Below are positions 14,775 to 27,719 of a stretch of DNA of 64,000 bases, piece after piece (the first letter of the stretch is position 1; each line of letters starts with the position of its first letter). Below the pieces are notes generated by a model. The model had not been told where the DNA came from and ran no database searches. It saw only the letters and a program-made list of their open reading frames with translations. This stretch comes from Octopus vulgaris (taxonomy: Eukaryota), in NCBI GenBank assembly GCA_951406725.2, contig OX597829.1, positions 28,458,001 to 28,522,000 on the forward strand. Direction: 5' to 3'. Position numbers and translations under genes: made by a program.

Positions 14775-15175
14775 GTTTAACGTCCGCTCTCCATGCTAAC
14801 ATGGGTTGGACAGTTCAACTGGGGTCTGGGAAGCCAGAAGGCTGCACCAGGCTCCGGTCTTATCTGACAAATTTTCTACAGCTGGATGCCCTTCCTAACG
14901 CCAACCACTCCGTGAGTGTAGTGGGTGCTTTTTACGTGCCACCTGCACTGGTGCCAGGCGAGGCTGGCATCGGCCACGGTCGGATTGGTGCATTATATAT
15001 ATATATTTATATATGATGGGCTTCTTCCAGTTTCAGCCTACCAAATCCACTCACAAGGCTTTGGTCGGACCGAGGCTATAGTAGCAGACACTTGCCCAAG
15101 GTGCCACGCAGTAGGACTGAACCCCGGACCATGTGATTGGTAAGCAAGCTACTTACCACACAGCCACTCCTGTGC
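14541..15175 (-). mobile_element. SINE family A with an RTE 3' tail (14745-14990) nested in its microsatellite
   Basis: SINE halves flank a (CAT)n-led reverse-complement RTE tail. Confidence 0.85.
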
Positions 15176-15518
15176 TACTGGTCATCTTTTATTTTTGTAT
15201 GGTCATACCATGTTGCTGTGAGATAAGATTGTCCAATATGTCTTTTTTAAATTGTTAAAATGTATTCGGCTGCTATGTCTAGCAGGTTAAACAACCATGC
15301 AGAACATTAATTCTGAAACAGGGATTATGCAAAAAACAAAAAATCAAGAGGGGTGTATTTCATTGTAAAACCTCTGGTGTTATTAAAACCAGCCACCTTT
15401 AAATGGTGCACCCCCAGATTTAACAAATATTACACGTGTGTGCACACACAGAGCACAACACTCTCACTCGCTCTTTGTCTCACACACACACACACACATT
15501 TATCTTTATATTTATAAT

Positions 15519-15876
15519 AGGCACAGGCGCAGCTGTATGGTAAGAAGCTTGCTTCCCAACCACATAGTTCCAGGTTCAGTCCCACTGCATGGCACCTTTG
15601 GAAAATGTCTTCTACTATAACTTTGAGCTAACCAAAGCCTTGTGAGTTGATTTGTTAGACCGAAACTGAAAGAAACCCGTCATATATGTGTGTGTGTGTG
15701 TTTATGTGTGTCCTTGTGTCTGTGTTTGTCCCCACCACTATTGCTTGACAACCGATGTTGGTGTGTTTATGTCTCCATAACTTAGCAGTTTGGCAAAAGA
15801 GATTGGGGTCGATTTGTTCAACTAAAGGTGGTGCTTCAACATAACTGCAGTCAAATGACTGAAACAAGTAAAAGAA
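15519..15876 (+). mobile_element. SINE family A copy
   Basis: Similarity to 4067-4510. Confidence 0.88.
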
Positions 15877-16439
15877 AAATAAATAAAATAAATATTTATA
15901 ATGTGCGTGTGTGTGTGCTCATATGTGTGTGTGTGTGTGTAGTAGTAGTAGTAGTAGTAGTAGTTGTAGTAGTAGTAGTAGTAGTAGTAGAGAAAATTTC
16001 AGGTGTGAAAGCAAGACAGAATGAAAGGGCCTTAAATTTAATTTAGCAAAGATTTAGTAATCCAGAAAACAGACAGGATGCTACTCTGATCAGGTAAACA
16101 GGCCCTACTTCATCATCATCATCATCATCCAATGTTTTAAATCCAGGTTTTGGTTGGATCTACCTCAATGCCATAGCAACCAAGTTAGGCAGGTGCAGTG
16201 CACCCCAACATTTGGGCTGGCTGGCTGGCTGGTGCCCATTCTCTTTTGCTATCATGAGGCTTTTTTGGAGCTGGATTTTCTACGGGGAGCATGCCCTTGC
16301 TTACCCCCAACCTCAGTTTCTAGACATGAGTGGTCCCGAGACCAAGGCCTCTACCACGATTTTTAGGAAATGTAGTGGAAAACTAGCTTAGTAAGGCAGG
16401 GGTGCTTCTCCCTGGGACTCCGATATGAAGAAAAGGTAT

Positions 16440-16760
16440 AGGAGTACTCTGTCAGTTACAACGACGAGGGTCCCAGCTGATACGATCAATGGAACAGCCA
16501 GCTCGTGAAGTTAACATGCAAGTGACTGAACAATCCACAGACATGCGTACCCCTAACATAGTTCTCAGGGAGATTCAACATGACACAGAGTGTGACAAGG
16601 CTGGCCCTTTGAAATACAGGTACAACTCATTTTTGCTAGCTGAGTGGACTGGAACAATGTGAAATAAAGTGTCTTGCTTGAGGACACAACACGTTGCCGG
16701 GAATTGAACTCCCGACCTTACAACCGTGAGCTGAATGCCCTAACCACTAAACCACGTGGC
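16440..16760 (-). mobile_element. CORE-type tRNA SINE, followed by an RTE 3' fragment to ~17050 (+)
   Basis: Minus strand TGGTTTAGTGGTTAGG..GAGTTCAATTCCC..CAAGACACTTTATTTCAC; flanking direct repeat ATATGAAGAAAAGGTATAGG. Confidence 0.75.
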
Positions 16761-17478
16761 TTCATATGAAGAAAAGGTATAGGCAGGAATTAACTGGACA
16801 TAATAAGTATCAGATTTAGTATGGAAGAAAGAAAACTGTCGATATGGTCGTGTGATGTGCATGGATGAGGACAGCTGCATAGAGGAGTGTTGATCACTAA
16901 ATGTGGACAGAACCTGTGCACATCCCAGAGCAAGTCCCAGGGAGACATGGTATGAAGTAATCAAAGTTGATTTGAAACTGTAGAGTCTCATCAGAAGATG
17001 ACAAAGGATCAAGATTATTCGCAATTTGTTGTACTCAAGGAGACCCATCCACTCAGTAAAACAATGAAGTCCTAAAGGCATATAATTTATGTTTATACCC
17101 TCATACCCCAATCTGTTCAAGTCAAACCATCCACACTTCCCAACATCCATCCTTCCATCATTCTTCTAACTACAGCACTATTTGCTCAGATGCTGTAACT
17201 ATAAAGGAGCAGAAAATGCTCATATTTATGCCCACTTTTGTACTACCATTTATCCCTGTCCTAGGAACCACTTTTCTTGGAATCACTTCCCTTGTTACTC
17301 ATCCCTTACCACTTTATTTTCCCCTGAATTCATTTTTCCCAATTGACAACCCAACTACCACCACCTTATCATTCATTAAATCCATCCCTGCTTATATCTG
17401 CTGGCTGTCTCTGCTACTGTGAATCCCACACTTCACATAATCTCCCTATTTCTTGTCTATCTATGATTTTTAACTACC

Positions 17479-17730
17479 TCCTGGTCGAAATTTATCTCTC
17501 AGCCTCTCTGTTGCTTTTCTGTACTCAACACCATATTCTATAGACATTACCACAGTCCACCTAGGTACCACCAGATGATCTGGTAATGTTACTTATGATA
17601 TACTGGTGTCCTATCCTGGTGGAGATTTATCTCTCATCCTCCCTGTTGTGTTTCTCAACACTATTCTACATTACCACAGTCCACCTAGGTACCACCAGAT
17701 CATCTGGTATTGTTACCTGTGGTAGACTGT
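17479..17730. repeat. ~130 bp tandem duplication
   Basis: ACATTACCACAGTCCACCTAGGTACCACCAGAT and its flanks occur twice. Confidence 0.9.
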
Positions 17731-18275
17731 ATACCGCATGAGTAACAAATGAGTTTCTATGCAGTTACTCAACTTCCTAGAAATAGCAACCATTTACCCT
17801 TTTAAATACTGTTTTAAGAACTAAAGGACACATTGACTAATGTGATCAGAGACACATTATACTTAAAAAAAAAACAACAACAAAAAAACATGGAATGGTC
17901 ACTGTTGGAATATCTTTGATTATAGGCCAGCAGTAGGGAGGTTTCACACGGAGCTGCACAATTTTTGCCAGCAGCATTGTCAATATCACTATGACTATCT
18001 CCACCACCACCACCACTACTATTGCCACTGGTTCTGCCAATGCCACAGCTATCACAGCCCCTGTCACTAATACCACTGCCGCCACCACACATCAATGCCA
18101 GTGCTGCCCTCACAACTACTCCCACCACTGCCACTGCTCCTAGCACTACAACTCTTACTATCAACACCATTTGCATCACAACTTTAACCACCACTGCCAC
18201 CACCACCATCATCACCACCACCAATCTACACTACACTGCTCCATCCCAGGGCTGACTGTACCCAGCACAACATAC

Positions 18276-18337
18276 CTGCTCTATAAACTTGCCAGGGTTA
18301 ATAAGTAAGCCAGCTGGGGACTTCAGGTAATGGGTAT
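18276..18337 (-). CDS. candidate 62 bp internal exon (xTHYLKSPAGLLINPGKFIEQ), gene unknown
   Basis: TGTCCTGTGTTAG acceptor, CAG|GTATGT donor, only one open frame; no homology recognised. Confidence 0.3.
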
Positions 18338-18954
18338 CTAACACAGGACACAGCATGAACATCACAGCATCGCACAACAGCTTTTCACACTAATCCAAAT
18401 AGCACAGCACAGACTGGACATGATGAAATCATAATGAAATCAAGAGAGAAAGAGAGAGAGAGAGAGAAAGAGAGAGATAGGTCAAGGAGTTCGACCAACT
18501 TAACTCCTTGCCTGGTCAGTTGAAGTAAGTTGGCTGACAGAATGGTTTAATATCTCCTTAAACTCTGTGAAATGAAAGGCGGAGGGGGAGGAGAAGGAGA
18601 AGGAGGAGGGGAAGGAAGAGGGGAAAGAGATGGGGTAGGAGGAGGCGGCTATTGGTGAGTCATAGCTGCATTTTTTTTTTAATGGGTGGGAGGCTTGGGA
18701 ACTGCTTGTTAGTGGGAGAGACAGCAAGCTGGTTGCCGAGTGTATTGGCACTTTGTACTGCACATCACATTCACACACATGCATAGACACACGCATTCAC
18801 ACACACATACACACACACACACGCACACACACACACATAGACACACACAAACATACACACACTCACTCACATGCAAACACATATGGAAACATAAACTGGC
18901 AGACAGCATATGCAAAACAGTATGTAGGCATGCCCATGTATATATGAATGAATA

Positions 18955-19009
<55 letters not shown>

Positions 19010-19014
19010 TTTTT

Positions 19015-19232
19015 TTTGTTTCAGTCATTTGACTGCACCCAAGCTGGAGCACCGCCTTTAGTCGAACAAATCAACCCCAGGACTTATTCCTTGTAAGCCT
19101 AGTACTTATTCTATCAGACTCTCTTGCCGAACCGCTAAGTGACTGGGATGTAAACATACCAGCATTGGTTGTCAAGCAATCATGGGGCAACAAACACAGA
19201 CACACAAACATATACACATACATATATGTATA

Positions 19233-19298
<66 letters not shown>

Positions 19299-19467
19299 CA
19301 AATATACGACAGGCTTCTTTCAGTTTCTGTCTACCAAATCCACTCACAAGGGTTTGGTCAGCCCAAGGCTATAGTAGAAGACACTTGCCCAAGATCCCAC
19401 GCAGTGGGACTGAACCCAGAGCCATGTGGTTGGTAAGCAGGCTACTTACCACACAGCCACTCCTGCA

Positions 19468-19470
<3 letters not shown>
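19015..19470 (-). mobile_element. SINE family A copy
   Basis: Reverse complement of 4067-4510. Confidence 0.9.
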
Positions 19471-19524
<54 letters not shown>

Positions 19525-19599
19525 ATAATGTATGTATGTATATGTATATGTACACACACATATATACATACATACATATATATATGTATATATAAATAT

Positions 19600-20608
19600 A
19601 AAAACAATCTTACTTAGAAATGGATGCGTGCGTTCCGTCATATAATAAATTAATAAATAAATAAAACATATGCATATATACATACATATATGTACGTACC
19701 TACCTCTACATGTATATATACATGCATATATGGGTACAGGACACCAAAAAAACGTCAATCACAATGAGAAACGAAAACATAAACACAAAACCAAGGAAAT
19801 GGACATTTTTCTTAAACAACGAAAAAATAAAGTACAGGACATACAAAACAAGGAATTAATAATGATGCGCACTCTTAACCTTTCTCTACACATCCCTTTC
19901 TCAGCCTTCATTCTTATGGCTTTCCTTTTCTTCTACCTTACTGTCTCTCCCTCTCTCTCTCTCATTCTTCATTCTTTTCTCTACAACCATTCCCTTTTTT
20001 TCTCTCCCTTTCTCTTACTCCTCCTCCTCCCTCCCGTCGTTGACCCGCGACGAGAACTCTGCTACTGTCTTTCTGTCCTGGCTGCCTTCAAGTAGAGATG
20101 GCACTTTCTGTTGCTCCTTCGCCGTTCTCAAAAATAGCGTTTGTAAAAAATTTTATCTCGTTTGGCTTAACAGCCCTTCTTGTTTGTGTTACTGTTATTC
20201 TCCTTGTCCTGTCTTTTACTGTTTATATTTTGTACCGTCGTTACTGTCCTGTTTTTGTTACCATTTTTACCCCTCCACAAAAAAATCTCAAATTTTATTT
20301 GATTTGATTTTCGCAGGAAGCAAAGTTTCATTAAAGTCATGTATCGCCTTGACCTTCGAAACGTGGAGTAGATGAAACAAAGGCGACTGAAGAAGGGGAA
20401 TTTTCCTTGTTTTGTATGTCCTGTACTCTATTTTTTCGTTGTTTAAGAAAAAGGTCCATTTCCTTGGTTTTGTGTTTATGTTTTCATTTCTCATAGTGTT
20501 CGACGTTTTTTTGGTGTCCTGTACCCATATATGCATGTATATATACATGTAGAGGTAGGTACATACATATATGTATGTATATATGCATATGTTTTATTTA
20601 TTTATTAA

Positions 20609-20615
<7 letters not shown>
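19600..20615. mobile_element. inverted-repeat element (probable PLE terminal remnant); further copy at 46165-46690
   Basis: 19645-19855 is the reverse complement of 20400-20610; embedded in (TA)n. Confidence 0.75.
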
Positions 20616-20661
<46 letters not shown>

Positions 20662-20778
20662 AATAGTAAAAAGTAAAAAAACTACAGAAGGCTTGTTTTA
20701 AAAGGTTAAAAAATATATATTTGAGTCAATATGTCTGAAGAGTGTTATAAATTTTTTTCATACAATGACATAATTTAG

Positions 20779-20818
20779 AAGAAATGACCGGTTTCGCGTT
20801 CAGCTTTTCAAATTTCTT
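20779..20818 (-). ncRNA. minimal type I hammerhead ribozyme motif, U3-A8 core
   Basis: AAGAAAT-TTGAAAA-GC(TGAAC)GC-GAAA-CCGG-TC-ATTTCTT. Confidence 0.7.
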
Positions 20819-21640
20819 AAATTGTTATGTTTACGTTGAGGGTATCATTCTGTATTCTGGAAATGCAATCTGTTGTCGATGCAGTGTGCATCTACGTCTG
20901 AGTGATAGTCCTGTGGATCCCACATAGTCTTGGTGGCAGCCCGAGCATTTTATGACATAAATTATGTTTTCAGAGGCACAAGTAAAATTAGATTTGATCT
21001 TGAATTTCTGTCCCTCTTTGAAGAGGAATTCTGATCCTTCTAGCAGGTTTGGACATGTTGCACAGTTCGGCCTACCACATTTTTTTACTTTTGCATCCGT
21101 AATTTCAGAAAACAATTTTGCCTTTGTGAAAATCTTTTTAAGTGATTTAGGTTGTTTGTAGCTTTTAATGATTTGGTGTATGTTTAGAATTTCCTTTAAT
21201 TTGGGGTCCTTATGAAGTATTGGTAAATTCTGGATGATGATGGTGAAGGCTTCTTTGTTCCTGGGGTTGTATGTGGATATGAAAGGTAGTATTTTCGATC
21301 ACTCAGACGTAGATGCACACTGCATCGACAACAGATTGCATTCCCAGAATACAGAATGATACCCTTTAGTGAGCACATTGATAAATGCACAAAGCAACTA
21401 CTACCACAATTTTTAATCTTTCCATTCTACCAATGTGCTATCGGAACACCAACACAAATTAGACTAAACAAGGAAACATTCTTCATTGAAAAATACAAGC
21501 CCAAACTTAACCATTCCAACATACTTATACAGAGAAACTCAATCCAAAAGAAAGGCAAATAATTTTAAGCGATTATCTCCCTTACACCGGAAGAAATCAC
21601 TTATTATCTAGATCTCCGCTCAACGTAAACATAACGATTT

Positions 21641-21680
21641 AAGAAATTTGAAAAGCTGAACGTGAAACCGGTCATTTCTT
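21641..21680 (+). ncRNA. minimal type I hammerhead ribozyme motif, U3-A8 core
   Basis: AAGAAAT-TTGAAAA-GC(TGAAC)GT-GAAA-CCGG-TC-ATTTCTT; perfect 7 bp helix I. Confidence 0.7.
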
Positions 21681-21934
21681 CTAAACTATGTCATTGTATG
21701 AAAAAAAATTATAACACTCTTCAGACATATTGACTCAAATATATATTTTTTAACCTTTTAAAACAAGCCTTCTGTAGTTTTTTCACTTTTTACTATTTTC
21801 TATATATTCAACCACGTGCTTTCACACACCAACTTTCTCACCTATATATATATATATATATATACATGTGTATATATATAGTTGTCTATATATATATATA
21901 TGCATATATATATATATATATATACATATATATA

Positions 21935-22535
21935 TTTAAACATTACTTTATATAATTAGGGTTCAGCAAAAAAGGTTGCTTTACCACACACCAAACTTTT
22001 AGAAATAACAGCCAAAGAATTTAGCTATTTCCTCTACTATAAGAAGAGTCTCCCAGACAATGTATACTCAAAAACAATTCACGTAGGCATAAAGGGAAAA
22101 ATAACGAAAGTTCACTCAAAATTAGATTACTTGTGAACGCGTTTCTGGGTTAGTTAGATATAGAAATGCTAGAAATACATCCCTATTCCAACATTCCCGT
22201 CATCAGCACAAGGTTTCATTAAATCTAAATTTGAGAGCACTAAAAATAGAACATACCCATCTGATTTGAGTAACCTCAGACGAACCACCATCGATATCCA
22301 GTACTAGCGAATTCAAAACATACGAATGAGGCTCTGCATCTTCCCCTGTCCACCCACGTGAGTTATAGAGCAACAAATTCCTACAGAAGAATCTGTAGTT
22401 TATTATCAGGGAGAGAATTATATTGTCAATAATAATAAGGGTAAAATTAATTAATTAGTAATTAATAATTTTACCAATCAGTGTTCAGTATGTAAAAGGA
22501 CCATTTACGGTAAATTTAAACATTAAACATTAAAC
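21935..22535 (-). mobile_element. PLE-type terminal remnant; related to 59125-59156 plus 60971-61200
   Basis: Shared TAATTAGGGTTCAGCAAAA and AAGGGTAAAATTAATTAATT blocks; contains a hammerhead motif. Confidence 0.65.
22130..22212 (-). ncRNA. type I hammerhead ribozyme motif, canonical core, long helix II
   Basis: CTTGTG-CTGATGA-cGGG..GTTGGA.ATAG..CTAT.TCTAAC..CCCa-GAAA-CGCG-TT-CACAAG. Confidence 0.8.
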
Positions 22536-24019
22536 ATGACCTAAACAAGTAAAACAATAAAAATACTATGCCACTTCAATCCCGGGCAATGCCAGATATC
22601 TCTACTAATATATATATATATATGTATATATCCATATCTATATCTATATATCCCTCTCTCTCTTTCGGAGAGGCACAAGCACCTACACGCACATATACAC
22701 ACACGGCAGTAACTTCCACCTACCGAATTCAATCACAAAGCTCCAGTCGGCTCGGGGCTATAGTGGAAGACACCTACCCAAAGTGCCACGCAGTGGGACT
22801 GAACCCGAAACCATGTAGCTACGAAGCAAGCTCCCTAACCACACAGCCATGTATATATATATATATATATATAGACAGATATATGTGTGTGTGTGTGTGT
22901 ATACAGATGTATACTTATATGCATATATATGCACATTATGCATATACGAAGAAAGGTGAATGTATTTGTGTGTGAGTGTGAGTGGAAATCTACTTTCTGA
23001 GTTTGGAGCCAATGATGTCCTTAATGGTCAGCTAAACTGTTGCAGAACAATATCTGCAGGGAATGCATGATAGAAGTGGAGGGGGAGAGGAGGAGGTTAT
23101 TCTAGTACGTGGATGTTTTTTGGTGGAATGATTGGGAATAATTGTTAGTGTGGGGCCAAGGAAATGAGGAGTAGCTTTGCCATTCATGCCTTTTTTTTTG
23201 TAATTTATTATATCCACCCCTATGTAGACCTCTCCTCTGTCACCGTGCACCTTCTGTCTTTCTCACACTTCACTTCACCCCATACCTATCCACCCAACCA
23301 GTTTTGGTTCTCAGCCCCCACTTTCCTATTCTCCCTTTATCCACTTTTTTTGTACCTTGGGGGTTTGCCCTGATACCACCATCATTTCCATTCTGGGTCA
23401 CCTATGAGTCATCTCTACAGCGAGACACTTGCTCTGTCCCACTTTTCCGTTTAAGCTTTTTTACACCTAGCATAGAGCCACTTCCCACCATACCACATTC
23501 TCCCAACACTGTGAAGGGGGTTTTCTTTTGCAAGTTACCTGGTGAACTCACTAGTGCTGGTGCCACAGAAAAAAAAAAAAAAACTCATCAAGTACACTCT
23601 GTGAAGTGATTGACATTAGGAAGGGCATGTCAAAACAATGAACAGAAGTATGATGTAAGTCTTCTGCCTTGCCAACTCATGTCAAACCATCCAACATGGA
23701 AAGCAGACATCAAATAATGACAACGATGATGCCGATGATGATTCAGCTGTAGAAACCTTGTCAAAGCAGGCATTAGAGACCAACACTGAACATAAAGCTA
23801 GTCAGATCATGCTCAACCATCTAGTCCCTGCTCATGCAGAATGCAAATGTTAAATAACAATGATGAAGTGGATAATAGCTGTGTTTAAGAAGTTTGTTTC
23901 TTAATCCAAAGACATTAGCCAAAGTGGTCGCTTTGCAGCCTTTGTGGTTTTGGGTGTAGTACCCCATTAGAGCACCTTGGGTGAGTGTCTTCTACTATAG
24001 CTTTGGGCTGACCAAAGCC

Positions 24020-24044
24020 TTGTGTGTGTGTGTGTGTGTGTGTG

Positions 24045-24082
<38 letters not shown>

Positions 24083-24346
24083 GAGACAGACAGAGAGAGA
24101 GAGAGACAGAGAGAGAGAGACAGAGACAGACAGACAGACAGACAGAAAGATAGGGAACAGAGAAAGAAAGTGATAGAAAGGCAAAGAGGGGAGGTGAGAG
24201 TGGGATAGAGAGGCAGAGAAAAAAAGGGGAAAGAGAAAGAAAGAGAGACGGGGAAGAGAAAGGGAGAGAGATAGAGGAAGAGCGGGGGAAGGAGAAAGAA
24301 AGAGAAAGAAAGAGGGAGAGAGACAGAAGAGAAAAGAAAGAAAGAA

Positions 24347-24390
<44 letters not shown>

Positions 24391-24405
24391 GGAGAGAAAG
24401 AGTAT
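24020..24405. repeat. (TG)n then GA/GACA purine-rich tract
   Basis: Directly visible. Confidence 0.95.
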
Positions 24406-24989
24406 TGAGATGATTTAAATCATAAGTGTCAGACTCCTAAAGATTATATCAGGAAACTTTAGTAAAATGTTATGTTTATATAACCATGATGTTGCATGTG
24501 CCACAGAAGAAATCATAAAGGGCCACGTGCAGGGTACCAATGTCTGCCATAATTCCCCTTTGGTTTGCCTATCTATTAAGATGTCAGATATACATTCATT
24601 TCATCCCACCACCGTCGTCACCACCATTTATTTTAATCCTTTTTCAATGTTATTTGAATTAACACAAAAAGTATTTTTATTGAAGTGTTTAACTGTTTTT
24701 TTGGTTTTTTTTTTGTAGCTCTATTCTTTTATTTACTAACTTTGTTTATTGTTTTTGAAATTTGAATAAATTTCTGTCTTTTTTCAGTTATATGACCATT
24801 GAGTGCCACAAGTAGAAAAAAAAAAAAAAAGACAAAAAGCCTACAGATATGGCTTTGTGGTTAAGAAGTTTACTTTTCAACCATGTGGTTTGGGTTTTAG
24901 TTTCACTATGTGGTTCCTTGGGCCAAGTACCTTCTACTTTAGCCTCAGGCCAGCCAGAGCCTTATAAGCGAAACTGTGTGGAAACCTTT

Positions 24990-25410
24990 GTATACATACA
25001 TACATGCATTCATACATACATACATACATACATACATACATACATACATACATACATACATACATACATGTATGCATGCATGCATGCATACATACATACA
25101 TGCATACATACATGCATGCATGCATACATACATACATACATACATACATGCATACATGCATGCATGCATACATACATACATTCATACATACATACATACA
25201 TACATACATACACACATACATACATGCATGCATACATACATACCCTGGTGATGTTGTTGAGATTTCAATGAGGGAACCTTGGATCTAGGTTAGAAACTGG
25301 TTCTTTTTCTATTAGTAAGAAATCTTGAAATAAAACTGAATGAGGATATACATGCATACATACATGCATACATACATGCATACATACATGCATACATGCA
25401 TGAATGCATG
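24990..25410. repeat. (CATA/CATG)n with an embedded R4-like 3' UTR fragment (25243-25350)
   Basis: Insert resembles 57215-57302 (AAATCTTGAAATAAAACTGAAT). Confidence 0.85.
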
Positions 25411-26540
25411 TGTGTGTGTGCCTACTCTGTAAAGTGGTTGGTGTTAGGAAGGGTATCCAACCATAAAAACCATGTTAAATAGACAGTGGAGCTTGGTGCA
25501 GCTTTCTGGCTTATCAGCTCTTGTTAAATTGTCCAAAGCATGCTAAGGAAGAATGACATTAAATGATGATAATAATGATGATGATGATGATGATGGCGGT
25601 GATGATGATGATGATAACGATGATGATGATATGTATGTATGTATAGTGTGTGTGAGTCTTTGTGTTTGTGTTTGCCCACACATACATACACATCACATGA
25701 TAACCAGTGTTGGTTTGTTTATTGTTCCAAAACATTAGTGGTTTAGCAAAAGAGACCAATAAAATAAATACCAGACTTCAAAAAATATAAGCATTGGGGA
25801 TCAATTTATTCAACTGAACCCTTTGAAGTAGTGCCCCAGCATGGCCACAGTCTAGTGACTGAAACTGGTAAAAGATAAAAAAAAAATAAATAAAAGATGA
25901 ATTTGAAGGCCCCCAGCAGTAATGTACTCTCTAGACCTTATGTCTTTTAATGAATCTTTGTAAATTTCTATTTCTCTATATTTATTTTTCTTTTACTTAT
26001 CTTTCACTGTTGCAATATCTTGCAGAAATCTTCCCTTCTAAAATCCCATTTCAAAATCCTGAAAATGAATTAATGAATTATTTTATCTTTTCTGAAAATA
26101 TAGAAATGAATATGATATTTTTTTTCCTTTTTTTTTTTTTGTCAGAGGAAAAGGTGTTTAGATTGATAACATCTAAATGGCAGTGCCAACATTTTCTTAA
26201 ATCTTAGGAATGTTAGATTAGTCAGCAGTGTTGCTTTTCTAACACTTTTTATAAAATTCTCTACATTTTCCAAGATAAAATAATTGGTATCATTCGCAAT
26301 TTATTTTAAACCATTTTTGCAACGTTGGATATTTTAATCATAATTTCTCCATTGAAGAATATTTTCCCTTTTCTGTTACCTAGCTTGACACTACCACAAA
26401 GTCTTTTGTTAGGTGCTTTTATCAGAGGATTCTACTCTTGTCTTCGGTTTGGAAACTCTATTTTCTTGTCACTTCCCATGTGACTTGGAGAGTTTGGAAA
26501 GGGTCATGGGCATGGACCTTTCTCCTGGCTAAGCAGTATG

Positions 26541-26576
<36 letters not shown>

Positions 26577-26579
26577 TAC

Positions 26580-27020
26580 ATAGCATGACTGCTATCTTGT
26601 GTATGAGAAGACTGAGGTGGCTGGGGCATGTCAGGAGAATGGATGATCATCGAATCCAAAGCAACTGAAACTGCTCTATGGAGAACAGGCCCAGGGCAAG
26701 AGACCAAGAGGAAGACCAAAACTGAGGTATTAGGACAATTGCAAGACTAGTTTGTCCAAGGGTGATGTGGATGTCAACACCTGGGAAGAGAGGACTGAGG
26801 GTAGAACAACATGGAGGACTGTGGTGAAGGAAGAAACTGCTTCGCTACAGAGCAGCTACTGGTAAAAAACAAGTTGAGAAGCATCAGCGGTGAAAGGAAA
26901 ACAACAGAAATGCAGAGTGCCAAGCCACCCTCTTTGTATGCAGGTACTGTGACAGAAGCTGCACTTCAATCATAGGAAGAATCAGTCATGAAAGAAGCTG
27001 ACCAAAAATGTTGTTGTTAT
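26580..27020 (+). mobile_element. RTE/BovB-like LINE 3' fragment
   Basis: RRLRWLGHVRRMDDHRI..LLYGE..GKRPRGRPKLRY..WEE..CRYC. Confidence 0.88.
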
Positions 27021-27110
27021 TGTCTTTGCCATTGAAATTACATGGCTTTGAGAATTATTTCTTTTCTTTCTATCTCCTCTATTGTGTATGTGTGTGTGTG
27101 TGTGCATATT

Positions 27111-27149
<39 letters not shown>

Positions 27150-27153
<4 letters not shown>

Positions 27154-27560
27154 CGGAGTAAGCACATTAATGTGAAACAGGGTGGAAAAAAGAGTACTCA
27201 AATACCAGAGGTAGAGTAATATGCTTTATTTAAAAGCAGCAGAAATATAACAAAAGCTGTTACTCAGAGTTTCACATTCCCATTCGTTGGACAGTTTTGT
27301 TAATAAAAAAACAAAACAGATTGTGGCTGAATCTGTTTTTAAGATGCTTGCTTTGAGAGTTGCATTCTCTCGTGTTTGGTAAAATGTGTTTATTATGGTA
27401 GTTTTGATTTTAAGAGTCCCTCATAGTGTGAGGCATTTATGTATAGTAATGCCCTTAATATAAATAAATATATTTAAAGGAATAATTAAAAATTTTTCAC
27501 TTATCAGGATTTTCACGCTGACTATTTGATAAATTGTTGTAAAGATTTTATCCTATTTTT
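27150..27560 (-). mobile_element. PLE-type terminal remnant with degenerate hammerhead (27257-27294)
   Basis: CTGT-CCAACGA-ATGGGAATGT-GAAA-CTCTGAG-TA-ACAG; in (TA)n. Confidence 0.6.
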
Positions 27561-27573
27561 AATTATATATATG

Positions 27574-27670
<97 letters not shown>

Positions 27671-27719
27671 ACAAAAAGGGAGGAATTTTGATTATTGTAC
27701 TTCAAAATATATATATATA

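Larger units (their letters stand above)
20658..21842. mobile_element. Penelope-like element with GIY-YIG endonuclease fragment and inverted terminal repeat
   Basis: Minus ORF 20831-21115 CGRPNCATC..FTCASENIIYVIKCSGCHQDYVGST..R...H; strand switch at ~21297; 20660-20840 mirrors 21620-21800. Confidence 0.92.
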
